From the NCBI GenBank assembly GCA_963715195.1, contig CAVQRT010000003.1:64001-128000 (forward strand): 64,000 nt of DNA. The letters are read 5' to 3'. The first letter of the stretch is position 1, and each line of letters starts with the position of its first letter. The notes below the pieces were generated by a model. The model did not search any database. It had not been told where the DNA came from and was given only the letters and a program-made list of their open reading frames with translations. Both the position numbers and the translations under genes were made by a program. Positions 20,130 through 28,866 of this stretch are shown piece after piece. This stretch comes from Thermodesulfovibrionales bacterium (GTDB taxonomy: Bacteria > Nitrospirota > Thermodesulfovibrionia > Thermodesulfovibrionales > SM23-35).

Positions 20130-21708
20130 ACCTCGCCGCCTTTCATCACTTCTCAAGATGTTCCTCGACGGGAACCCGATAAAAGGAGAAGCCCCACCGG
20201 TGCGGCTCAGCAGACGGGATACCTTCATCAGAATATACTTTATTTTCATCTGTGGGCTTGTCGCCTCTGTCTCAATCCAGTCGAACATCGGTATTGAACA
20301 GATGCTCGGGGGATTTTTCATTTCATGCCTCCTCATGTTCATTTTTTACCGTGACATCATGCGATATAAGCCTGCATATACAAAAAAATACACCATGCTG
20401 TTTCTCCTCGGCCTGCTCCTTGTCGGGACACTCCTGCTGGGAAGATTGTTTGCCTATCTCCTCATCAATCTCTCAAAAGGTCTTGAATACCAGACGTTAG
20501 ACAGTTCCCTGTATGGAATTCCGATCCCTGTAGGCGCGATGCTGGTCTCTCTGCTGTTCGATTTTCACACCGCTATTACCTTTTCCTTCGCGGTCAGCTT
20601 GCTCACCGGTCTCTGGCTCCAGGACGCATCATTCACCGTATATGCCTTTGTCGGAAGCATTACAGCAGCCTTCAGCGTGATACGATGCAAGAAACGGTCA
20701 GGAATCCTGAAGGGGGGGGGATTTATTATTGCAGCAAATGTCATAACCCTCATCATCATTCTTCTCTTCCGGGGTGAGCTTTTCACGATAAAGGCACCAC
20801 CCGCTATCCTGTTTAGTGCTCTCTGCGGCATGAGCGTTGCAGCCGTTGTTTCATTAATTCTGCCGGTGATTGAGTACTTTTTTAAAGTTACAACTGATAT
20901 CAGCCTCCTTGAACTGCTTGATCTCAATCAACCCCTTATGAAAAACCTTATGGTAACTGCACCTGGGACATATCACCACAGCGTCATCGTAGGGAACCTT
21001 GCGGAATCAGCCGCTGAGATCGTTGGTGCAAACCCACTGCTCGCCCGGGTCAGCGCCTACTACCATGACATCGGCAAAATTAAGATGCCTGAATATTTTG
21101 TCGAAAATCAGAGCAGTACCGTGAGTAAACACGATAAATTAACACCCCATATGAGCAGTATGATCATTACAAACCACGTCAAAGAAGGGATTGAGCTTGC
21201 AAGGACCTACAAGCTTCCCGAGCCGATTATTGAGATCATCGAGCAGCACCACGGCACCATGCTCATCAGCTATTTCTATCAAAAAGCAAAAGAACGGGAA
21301 GGGAACGGCACACCGGCTGAGCAGGATTATCGGTACCTAGGGCCAAAGCCCCAGACCCGTGTAGCTGCCCTTGTCATGATGGCAGATAGCGTCGAGGCTG
21401 CATCACGGGTTCTTGCTGATCCTACGCCAGCAAGAATTGCTTCGTTGGTTGACCGGATCATCAATCATATATTCCTCGAGGGGCAGCTTGATGAGTGCGA
21501 ACTGACCCTGAAAGACATTCACGAAATCAAGAAGCGCTTTACGTACATTCTGACCGGCATATTCCATAAACGGGTAGATTACCCGGGATTCGATTTTAGC
21601 AATGAAGGTCTCTATAAAGAATCAGCAAAGACTCATAAGGGTAAACACGCAGAAAACAGCAAGGCTTCTCAGGAAAATGCTCAGTCTGCTCCGTCTCCCA
21701 AGAGCTGA
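20104..21708 (+). CDS. 7TM-HD (HDIG) phosphohydrolase, PgpH-like
   Basis: Multiple TM helices, APGTYHHS, YYHDIGK, QHHGT, YLGPKPQ, ADSVEAA; sits in the conserved phoH-HD-ybeY order. Confidence 0.9.
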   Translation: MKNGQQKNKPRRLSSLLKMFLDGNPIKGEAPPVRLSRRDTFIRIYFIFICGLVASVSIQSNIGIEQMLGGFFISCLLMFIFYRDIMRYKPAYTKKYTMLFLLGLLLVGTLLLGRLFAYLLINLSKGLEYQTLDSSLYGIPIPVGAMLVSLLFDFHTAITFSFAVSLLTGLWLQDASFTVYAFVGSITAAFSVIRCKKRSGILKGGGFIIAANVITLIIILLFRGELFTIKAPPAILFSALCGMSVAAVVSLILPVIEYFFKVTTDISLLELLDLNQPLMKNLMVTAPGTYHHSVIVGNLAESAAEIVGANPLLARVSAYYHDIGKIKMPEYFVENQSSTVSKHDKLTPHMSSMIITNHVKEGIELARTYKLPEPIIEIIEQHHGTMLISYFYQKAKEREGNGTPAEQDYRYLGPKPQTRVAALVMMADSVEAASRVLADPTPARIASLVDRIINHIFLEGQLDECELTLKDIHEIKKRFTYILTGIFHKRVDYPGFDFSNEGLYKESAKTHKGKHAENSKASQENAQSAPSPKS

Positions 21709-22087
21709 GATAAGCCTCCTGTTCGTCAACGACAGGAGGATGAGACTCCTGAACCGCCGTTACCGCGGAGTTGACCGGACAACGGATGTTCTGTCGTTCC
21801 CGCAATATAGCGCTGAGGAGCTGAAGGCAGAAAGCAGGAAATGTTCGCAGGTATCCACTTCAGATCTTCACACTTCATCCGGAGTGCTGCCGCTTGGTGA
21901 CATCGTTATCAATCTGCCACTTACAAAACGGCAGGCTCATGAAAACAGTCTCTCATTCGATGAAGCATTGAAGCAGCTCCTTATACACGGTCTTCTCCAC
22001 CTCATTGGGTACGACCATGAACAGGGCAGGAATGCAGCAGGGAAAATGCGAAAAAAATCACGGGAGGTTTTTGAAAAACTCCGGTAA
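21602..22087 (+). CDS. ybeY: rRNA maturation endonuclease YbeY
   Basis: LNRRYRGVDRTTDVLSFP, LGDIVI, HGLLHLIGYDH. Confidence 0.95.
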   Translation: MKVSIKNQQRLIRVNTQKTARLLRKMLSLLRLPRAEISLLFVNDRRMRLLNRRYRGVDRTTDVLSFPQYSAEELKAESRKCSQVSTSDLHTSSGVLPLGDIVINLPLTKRQAHENSLSFDEALKQLLIHGLLHLIGYDHEQGRNAAGKMRKKSREVFEKLR

Positions 22088-22164
22088 AATCAGAATCAGG
22101 AGCACCTATCCTTTGCGATAGGAATTCTAACAGACCGCGATCACCTCATGAAAGAAACGGTAGA

Positions 22165-23679
22165 ATGACACCGAAGAAGTCTCCCGATCAAAACCCGATA
22201 GAACCCCGGCAGAAGGGTAAAGCCACTGATCTGATCCTCGGTTCCGAAGAGATGGATGAGAGGTACAGAGCCCTCTTTGACAGTTCACTGTGCAGTGTCT
22301 TCATCCATGATCTGAAAGGCACCTTTCTCGATGCGAATGAGACGGCGCTGAGGATTCTGGGATATACCAAAAAGGACCTGCCTGCTCTTTCGATCTCGAC
22401 GATTCTTGACAAGGATCACGTGCCAGTCGCCAAAAAACGCATCGAAGACATCATCAAATTCGGATCTGCAAAAGACCCTTTCCTTTATAGGGTGAGAAAG
22501 AAAAACGGGGATTTTGTCTGGATGGAAGTCGTCTCTACCCTTATCCATCGCAATGGGAAACCGTTCGCAATACAGGGTATGGCATGGGAGGTAACCGAAC
22601 AGATCAAGATCAGAGATGCGTTGCGGAGAAGCGAAGAACAGTACAGGACCATGATAGAAACCATGAACGAGGGACTCTCTGTTCTCGACAAGAACGAGAA
22701 CATGATCCTGGTCAACAACCGTTTCTGTGCCATGACGGCATACCACAGGGATGAACTGCTCGGCAAGCATGTTTCCCTAATCTTGGATAAAGAGAACCAG
22801 AAGATATTGCGGAATCAGTGGTCATTGCGGAAAAAAGGCATTGCAGACACATATGAAATAATGCTGACCAGAAAAGACAGGGAAAAAGTCGATACCCTTG
22901 TTGCACCATGCCCGATGTTCGACGATGAAGGAAGATTGAGCGGCAGTCTTGGTATCTTTACTGATATCTCCAGACTCAAGCAGACTGAAAGGGAACTGCT
23001 GTCGTATCAGGCAAGGCTCCGTTCCCTCGCCTTGGAGATGTCGATGGTCGAAGAACGGGAACGCCGTTACATCACGATAGAATTGCAGGATAATCTCGGC
23101 CGGACGTTATCGTACTGCAGGGACCAATTGAAAGCAATTCAGGAGAAGTCGCTCCCTCATGACATACGGACATCTTTGAACGAAATCACCGGTCTCGTTG
23201 AGCGGAACATCCATTATGCGAAGACCCTGACATACGAATTCAGCACGCAGATCCTCTATGAAAAAGGACTGGAAGCTGCTCTACAGTGGCTCGGGAATCA
23301 CTTCCGTGAACTGCATGCCTTAACGTTCCATTTTGAAGATGATCTGAAACCGAAACCGTTGTCAGACGAAACGAATATACTTCTCTACCAGGCGGTGAGG
23401 GAATTATTCCTGAATATTGTCAGGCACGCTTATGCAAAAAACGTTACCGTATCGTTCGAGAGGGATTACAAGAATATCCGGATACATGTGCACGACGACG
23501 GAGTCGGGTTTGATATGTCCAGAATAGGATCCTATCAAGACAAGAAGGAAATGTTCGGCCTTTTCAGTATCTATGAACGGCTCAAATATCTGGGAGGACA
23601 TGTTCATGTTGAATCGGGCCCCGGAGAGGGCACCCGGTTTACCCTCGTAGCCCCGCTCAAATCCCCAGGGAGAAAATAG
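22165..23679 (+). CDS. PAS-PAS HisKA_3-type sensor kinase-like protein with Gln at the phospho-His position
   Basis: Two PAS/PAC domains. EERERRYITIELQDNLGR aligns with canonical EERxRIARELHDxxGQ. HATPase boxes NIVRHA, DDGVGFD, FGL, GEGT are present. Confidence 0.88.
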   Translation: MTPKKSPDQNPIEPRQKGKATDLILGSEEMDERYRALFDSSLCSVFIHDLKGTFLDANETALRILGYTKKDLPALSISTILDKDHVPVAKKRIEDIIKFGSAKDPFLYRVRKKNGDFVWMEVVSTLIHRNGKPFAIQGMAWEVTEQIKIRDALRRSEEQYRTMIETMNEGLSVLDKNENMILVNNRFCAMTAYHRDELLGKHVSLILDKENQKILRNQWSLRKKGIADTYEIMLTRKDREKVDTLVAPCPMFDDEGRLSGSLGIFTDISRLKQTERELLSYQARLRSLALEMSMVEERERRYITIELQDNLGRTLSYCRDQLKAIQEKSLPHDIRTSLNEITGLVERNIHYAKTLTYEFSTQILYEKGLEAALQWLGNHFRELHALTFHFEDDLKPKPLSDETNILLYQAVRELFLNIVRHAYAKNVTVSFERDYKNIRIHVHDDGVGFDMSRIGSYQDKKEMFGLFSIYERLKYLGGHVHVESGPGEGTRFTLVAPLKSPGRK

Positions 23680-23743
23680 GGATACTCAGTCTGCAGCGCT
23701 TTTTTAGACGCAGAAAGCGCGGCTTTTTCAGGGTTGTATTTCT

Positions 23744-23911
23744 TTATAAGGAATTATCAGGTATTTTTGAACTGCTCATTTCTCGCGACTTGTTTAATCT
23801 TATCTTCATCAATCTTAAAAGGAGATCATATCGTTCCTTCACTCCGAGAACAAAATATAATGGTGACTCCATAAGTATGGAAATGTATTCTTTTTCAATC
23901 TCGCTATCCAT
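23744..23911 (-). CDS. Small hypothetical protein (55 aa), not in the ORF track
   Basis: MDSEIEKEYISILMESPLYFVLGVKERYDLLLRLMKIRLNKSREMSSSKIPDNSL*. Upstream are AAGGA, a TTAACC-17-TATCAT promoter and palindrome copy b. Confidence 0.6.
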   Translation of the reverse strand: MDSEIEKEYISILMESPLYFVLGVKERYDLLLRLMKIRLNKSREMSSSKIPDNSL

Positions 23912-23963
23912 AATGATCACGTTCCTTAATGATATTTTGGGAAATTCTGCTGGTTAAGTGAAT

Positions 23964-23977
23964 CCTACCTAAGTGGG
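23964..23977 (-). promoter_or_regulatory. CCTAC-N4-GTAGG palindrome, copy b (1 mismatch)
   Basis: CCTACCTAAGTGGG on the plus strand, about 50 bp upstream of the 55-aa ORF. Confidence 0.5.
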
Positions 23978-24278
23978 GATAAACATTCTTTCTTGCTGGC
24001 TATGATTTGGGATGTGGCATTTATCAAAGAAGTGAAAGCATCATTGTTACAGGAAAAAAGAAATCGTTTCCTATTATTACAGAAAATAATGAAGCGAACC
24101 CAGGATGAGGTATCCTTGAGCTCTTTTGTTCAAATTGGTGTTTTGGTAGATGCTTTAGGCTTCCCTTCACTTGGGGCATGCTCACCACATCTAACACCTA
24201 CACCCTTCATATCTGACTTGATTCTCAGGCCTCATCTTCTGGGTATCGCATTAATGTTATTATGATAACAATAGATCA

Positions 24279-24303
24279 GGTAATCAATCCTACCTGAGTA
24301 GGT
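24279..24303 (-). promoter_or_regulatory. CCTAC-N4-GTAGG palindrome, copy c
   Basis: GGTAATCAATCCTACCTGAGTAGGT, the exact 25-bp reverse complement of 27137-27161. Confidence 0.65.
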
Positions 24304-24387
24304 TATATCTCTGAAATAATTATCATCTCATTTGTTATCACCTGAATACTCCAACGATTGGTCGATGTCATCCAGCTTTAAGGAACA

Positions 24388-24426
24388 AGCAAGAACTCCC
24401 TGTGCTCTTGGCGCAGGGTTCTTAAC
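24388..24426. repeat. Hairpin repeat (PATE/REP-like), related to copies at 46769 and 46933
   Basis: The reverse complement TAAGAACCCTGCGCCAAGAGCACAGGGAGTTCTTGCT matches 46769-46789 on the left and 46947-46963 on the right. Confidence 0.7.
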
Positions 24427-24464
24427 TTCGGGAAGAAGTCGATTAGCTATTGAAACGAGCGAAC

Positions 24465-24857
24465 TCAAGGATTGCTCAACGCAATCCGGAGGATAGCAGA
24501 TCTTGAAATTATTCCCACAAGGCGGAGACCATCGGTAACAGGTATTCTCAGTATCCCGTTCTCAAGCATAATATCCAATACATCGCTAAGTGGCGCATCG
24601 ACATTTACTGTAATGGGATTTCTCTGCATAACATCTTCTACTATGAGTTTATCGAGATCTTTTCCTTCGCGGATTTGGTCTAATAAGTCATGTTCAGTGA
24701 TGACGCCGATAACTCTTTCTTCCTCATCAATAACTGGCATGCCACTAAAACGACCTGAAACCATTTGCAAAGCACTGTCTCTTGCGGAGGCCCTTTTCTT
24801 CGTGGAAATAACAGGTATTTTTATAACATCTTTTGCTTCTAACTTTGCAATATCCAC
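24465..24857 (-). CDS. Stand-alone CBS-pair protein
   Basis: SGMPVID...IGVITEHDLL and VMQRNPITV...RIPVTD...VGIISRSAIL. Confidence 0.92.
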   Translation of the reverse strand: MDIAKLEAKDVIKIPVISTKKRASARDSALQMVSGRFSGMPVIDEEERVIGVITEHDLLDQIREGKDLDKLIVEDVMQRNPITVNVDAPLSDVLDIMLENGILRIPVTDGLRLVGIISRSAILRIALSNP

Positions 24858-25009
24858 ATTTTATTCCCCCTTATTTTTTTATTGATTATCTCATGAAACA
24901 TCAATCATTACAATAGGGTGTTATTTTGAATATTTCAGGATGGGGTTTGCATAAAAAGCACATTCTCTCAAAAGTGCATCGTTTCCCCCATCTTGCTAAG
25001 TAGAGCAAT

Positions 25010-25765
25010 TTAAGGCTTTTTTAAAAGAAGCCTTCTTTTTCCTTCAGGCAGCCTCTTCGAACCTTCTCTGAGAGTAAGCCCGGAGGCTCTGTCCTTGATC
25101 CTCATCAGGAAATCGAATGCTGCTTCGGGATCTGCTTTGGCTATTTCCCGGATGCACCAGCCGATAGCCTTCCTGATAAAAAATTCCTTCTCCGAAACCA
25201 TCCTTTCGGCAAAATCGTAGAAAAGTTGCCTGTCTCCCTTGCCCTTTCTAAACATGAGTATTTGTGAAATAAGCGAGGCGCGTTTCATCCAGAAATTCTC
25301 TGACCTGCTCCATTTATTTAGAAATGCATATGCCTTCTTGTCCATCTCCAGCACTGTGCCAACCAGATGGATCGAGATATCGTCAACCAGATCCCAAGTA
25401 GGCGATTCCATAAGCATTTTCTCAAGCATAGATACCATGCCGATATCAAGATACTCCGGGAAGAACTGTAATAACCTAAGAGCAAGCCTCTTTTCGTCGT
25501 GGTACTCGGAAGCCCAAAGTTTTCCCGCAAGTTCAATAACAAGTTTGTAGCTGGCCCCCGGGTTTTCCTTTCTGAACTCTTTGGCCACCTTATCCGCATA
25601 TGGAAGTGATGTACCAAAGAATTTGAAAGGGCTTTTCAGGTAGCGTTTCTCCTGAACGGCTCTTTCGGAGCTACCGCCGGATTTCATTTTCTCTCTGAGG
25701 ATAGAGAGGGATACAGCAACAGACTTCATGGATTGTGTCTCCTTTGCCAGCCTTCTACTCCTCAT
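25010..25765 (-). CDS. AlkD-family DNA alkylation repair protein
   Basis: YLKS, WDLVD, WSRSENFWMKR, EFFIRKAIGWCIRE, LTLREG. The start may be 25729. Confidence 0.88.
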   Translation of the reverse strand: MRSRRLAKETQSMKSVAVSLSILREKMKSGGSSERAVQEKRYLKSPFKFFGTSLPYADKVAKEFRKENPGASYKLVIELAGKLWASEYHDEKRLALRLLQFFPEYLDIGMVSMLEKMLMESPTWDLVDDISIHLVGTVLEMDKKAYAFLNKWSRSENFWMKRASLISQILMFRKGKGDRQLFYDFAERMVSEKEFFIRKAIGWCIREIAKADPEAAFDFLMRIKDRASGLTLREGSKRLPEGKRRLLLKKP

Positions 25766-26013
25766 AATTATACCACCTCTTTGTTTGCAACCTTTCAGAA
25801 AGAAAAGGTTAAACTGTAAAGGCCCCGGCTATTATCCTTTGTACTGTACATAGATCGATCAGGCTGCCGCCACAAGGACTTCAGGAAGGAAGATTTGGAT
25901 ATGGGATATAATTCATAATGGTTGACAAAGATATAGAGATTTAGACTTGTATTGTATGTTTATATTTGAAAAACGATTGTTCTCTAAAAGTAAACGAGGA
26001 ATAATTTTTTTTA

Positions 26014-26042
26014 TTGACATATAAAAATTATTGACATATTAT
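26014..26042 (+). promoter_or_regulatory. Near-consensus sigma70 promoter
   Basis: TTGACA-17 bp-TATTAT with an A/T tract upstream. TATTGACATAT occurs twice, 17 bp apart. Confidence 0.8.
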
Positions 26043-26099
26043 TTTCTTAAGTGTTGTTTGAATTTCTATCAACAACAAGAAAGGTAGGTGAAAGAGTTT

Positions 26100-26156
26100 A
26101 TGCCAGTAAAGAAAAAAGCTGCTGCAAAAAAGAAGACCGCAAAAAAGAAGAAATAA
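26100..26156 (+). CDS. 18-aa Lys/Ala-rich micropeptide MPVKKKAAAKKKTAKKKK
   Basis: SD-like AAGGTAGGTG upstream; it has its own promoter (26014-26042) and terminator (26190-26220). Confidence 0.62.
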   Translation: MPVKKKAAAKKKTAKKKK

Positions 26157-26189
26157 GTTTCCCTCGACACACATGCACACAATCTTTTG

Positions 26190-26220
26190 GGCTGGGGAAG
26201 ATTTTCTCCAGCCTTTTTTT
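26190..26220 (+). terminator. Intrinsic terminator
   Basis: GGCTGGGGAA-GATT-TTCTCCAGCC followed by T7. Confidence 0.85.
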
Positions 26221-26479
26221 ATGGTCTTCTCTTCTTGCGGTCTTTAGGTATTATAAAACTCCATTCCTAAGAAAATTTCAAGGTATTTTTATAACTCTCT
26301 GTAAATTCACAATTAATTAATGGTACGGATATTGCTATATTCTGGCTGTACAACTCAACCGAAGACTAATCCACAAAAAGCTCCATCAACAGGAGTTGGG
26401 AATGCTTTTCAAGCAACAACTTCATGGAGAAAAGTCTCCGGGTTGATTCTTCCTTGTCTTCGCATTTCAATATTATCTT

Positions 26480-26938
26480 CTAATTGTATGTATTCCCCTG
26501 AAGGCTTCCCATAAAAGCGTCATACATAGTACCCTCCACATTAGCCTCCAATAATCTTATGATTTCGGGTATTTCGCCCTTTATAACATCAATGAATTGC
26601 ATTCCAGCAATAAAAAGTGGGGTAATATCACCGTTGGCTTCCTTCACACTATCCGCTAATAAAGCCCAAACAACCAAAGCTTTAACAAAGACTGATTTGT
26701 CCTTATACCCTATTTTTAACGCATAACTCTTGCCGATATTTATAAACTTATCTACCATCACTAAAGCACCACCACTGCTGATGTTCATTACTTTCACCCG
26801 GCTGGCTGACGGTATATCGCAATCAACTCCCATATTCTCTACATTGAATCTCCTATGCTGTCTCTTCTCGTTCATACCATTTTCCGAGTACTCATCGTCC
26901 GCACGGCAAACTGACTCAGCGCTGTTATCTTGTATCAT
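26480..26938 (-). CDS. PilZ-domain c-di-GMP receptor
   Basis: RQHRR (RxxxR) and NISSGG (D/NxSxxG); SD AAGGAG before ATG 26938. Confidence 0.85.
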   Translation of the reverse strand: MIQDNSAESVCRADDEYSENGMNEKRQHRRFNVENMGVDCDIPSASRVKVMNISSGGALVMVDKFINIGKSYALKIGYKDKSVFVKALVVWALLADSVKEANGDITPLFIAGMQFIDVIKGEIPEIIRLLEANVEGTMYDAFMGSLQGNTYN

Positions 26939-26989
26939 TTTATCTCCTTCCTTTTGATTATTATTTCGATGGCTGCATTTACAATCAAT

Positions 26990-27003
26990 CCTACCCAAGT
27001 AGG
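26990..27003 (-). promoter_or_regulatory. CCTAC-N4-GTAGG palindrome, copy d
   Basis: AATCAATCCTACCCAAGTAGGAT, about 50 bp upstream of the PilZ start. Confidence 0.65.
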
Positions 27004-27058
27004 ATGGACGCTCCCAAGGCTATTCGTATAATAAGAGTACATTTTTCACTCTTTTCTC

Positions 27059-27097
27059 AAGCCTCCCATACTTTATGGGGGGCTTCATTTTCTTTTT
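27059..27097 (+). terminator. Hairpin plus T-rich tail (terminator-like; possible end of a short RNA)
   Basis: AAGCCTCCCATA-CTT-TATGGGGGGCTT then CATTTTCTTTTT; TATAAT at 27027-27032 lies upstream. Confidence 0.55.
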
Positions 27098-27136
27098 ACC
27101 TTATCAACAGCAAGCTGCAATCAATAAGTTATATCC

Positions 27137-27161
27137 ACCTACTCAGGTAGGATTGATTACC
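27137..27161 (+). promoter_or_regulatory. CCTAC-N4-GTAGG palindrome, copy e
   Basis: ACCTACTCAGGTAGGATTGATTACC, about 70 bp upstream of the response regulator. Confidence 0.65.
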
Positions 27162-27232
27162 AGGATGGAAAGAAGCAGAATTGAATTAAAGATGATATTG
27201 ACGGGACAATATGAAAAGAATGGAGGTCAATC

Positions 27233-27895
27233 GTGATAGATAGGAATCCCATGGGTTTGCCTCATTTGCCAAATGTCGATATAGACAGAAAGAAAACCCC
27301 ACTGGAAAGCAAACCAGTTCAGAGAGGGAAGGTGCTTATTGTTGATGATGAGATTGACGTTGTGAGCACGTTGCAGGGGTATCTTTCGGAGAAGGGCTAT
27401 AAGACACTCGGGTGCACATCAGCAAAAGGTGCGCTTGAGTCATTGAAGAAACATGATTTTGATATTCTCCTCATAGATCTTGCAATGCCTGAAATGAGTG
27501 GGATTGAACTGTTGAAGGCAGCGATGGAAATAGATCCCCATCTTATCGGTATCATCATCACGGGTAAGGGTACCATTGAGAGTGCCGTTGATGCCATGAA
27601 AGCAGGGGCTTTTGATTATTTGACGAAGCCATTTGAGTTTGCACTGCTGTCTCCGATACTGGCCCGTGCGATGAAAGTGAGGGAACTGAGTAAATCGGAG
27701 GATCAGTGCCGTGCTGCTGTAGCGGAACTTACTTATGAGGTGAACAAGCTCCAGAATGACTGTGATAAATCTTCAGTTAAGGAACTTGAAAATTATGAAC
27801 TGAAGGAACAAATAGAAGCCCTGAAGGAAACAGTGAGGAGATATAAAGAAATGCATGATACCTACTTTTTCAACGGCGGAGGGTTTGACTCCTAA
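27233..27895 (+). CDS. Response regulator (REC domain plus coiled-coil tail, no recognisable DNA-binding domain)
   Basis: VLIVDDE, DLAMPEMSG, ITGKG, AGAFDYLTKPF; the C-terminus is heptad-rich. Confidence 0.9.
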   Translation: MIDRNPMGLPHLPNVDIDRKKTPLESKPVQRGKVLIVDDEIDVVSTLQGYLSEKGYKTLGCTSAKGALESLKKHDFDILLIDLAMPEMSGIELLKAAMEIDPHLIGIIITGKGTIESAVDAMKAGAFDYLTKPFEFALLSPILARAMKVRELSKSEDQCRAAVAELTYEVNKLQNDCDKSSVKELENYELKEQIEALKETVRRYKEMHDTYFFNGGGFDS

Positions 27896-27910
27896 GAGCA
27901 CGGTATCTTT

Positions 27911-28732
27911 TTAGAAGCCTTGGTGTGTAGTTCTCTTGCTGAGAAATCCCATAATTTCTTGCCACCAAGGTTGCCCTACAATTCTTGGCCAATCGTTATG
28001 CCCAACCCCTTTCATTACCCACATCGCTTTGCTTCCAGGTAAGGATTGATACAATGCAGTGGCGTGCCCTATCGGGATTATCTCATCCCGTTCTGCTCCC
28101 ACTATGGCAGCTCTTCCCTGATAGCCTTTGAGATTCCCCATGGTGTCATATTTATCTTTCATAAAAAACTGTACCGGAAGCCAGGGGAATTTAGATTTGG
28201 CAACGGACAGGAGTGTATCCCACGGGGTAATGAGGAGAATTCCATCGATGTTACCAGGTGCATCCTTCGCTACTGCTGCTACCACTCCACAGCCTAAAGA
28301 TTCTCCCAAAAGAAAAAGTGGTCTTCCATAGCGTTTGTATGCAAGGCGTAATGTTTCTTTTGCATCGCTCACAAAAGACTTCTCTCCTAATTCTCCGGCT
28401 CTTGCTCCGTAACCTGGGTATTCGGCAAGGATAACCCGATACCCCAAAGGTTCTAATGCTTTCATATAATAGGTCCTATCTGCTGCTGTGCCGGCATTTC
28501 CATGAAAAACTATTATTGTACCTCTTAGGTGATTGATCTCAGCAGTGCCAACAAATCCTTTATAGCTGTCTTTGCCAGACGGCCAAAATTGAATATTGTT
28601 GGCATTGAGTGCTTCCTGAGAAGGTATAAAGGAACTTGGGTAATAGAGAAGTCTGTACTGAAAATCACAGCCGGAAAGAGCCATTAGAGTGATCATCGGG
28701 ATGAACACATTTTTCGCAATGATCGTAATCAT
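27911..28732 (-). CDS. Alpha/beta hydrolase, probable lipoprotein
   Basis: LSGC lipobox, FHGNAG, EYPGYG, GESLG nucleophile, DEIIP, GHND. Confidence 0.9.
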   Translation of the reverse strand: MITIIAKNVFIPMITLMALSGCDFQYRLLYYPSSFIPSQEALNANNIQFWPSGKDSYKGFVGTAEINHLRGTIIVFHGNAGTAADRTYYMKALEPLGYRVILAEYPGYGARAGELGEKSFVSDAKETLRLAYKRYGRPLFLLGESLGCGVVAAVAKDAPGNIDGILLITPWDTLLSVAKSKFPWLPVQFFMKDKYDTMGNLKGYQGRAAIVGAERDEIIPIGHATALYQSLPGSKAMWVMKGVGHNDWPRIVGQPWWQEIMGFLSKRTTHQGF

Positions 28733-28866
28733 TTACAATAACTTTTCCCGAAACCCAGCTCCCGCCCCAGATTACCATAGAAACAACAACCAATGACTTA
28801 GACAGCGCAGTTTTATTGGAGCTGCTTGTTTTCACAATATGACAACAAGTTTTTTGTAAGTCTAAT

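Noticed and set aside
23993..24265. 90-aa plus-strand ORF and 26-51 aa minus-strand ORFs downstream of palindrome c
   Set aside because: No recognisable motif and weak initiation signals, so I cannot choose among them.
26051..26514. ORF-track entries 26051-26320 and 26320-26514
   Set aside because: The first reads through a strong terminator and overlaps the better-supported micro-ORF; the second has no support.
24279..27161. Transposon or invertible segment bounded by the 25-bp inverted repeats
   Set aside because: No transposase or recombinase and no evident target duplication. Three more copies sit at promoter positions, favouring regulator sites, though inversion is not formally excluded.
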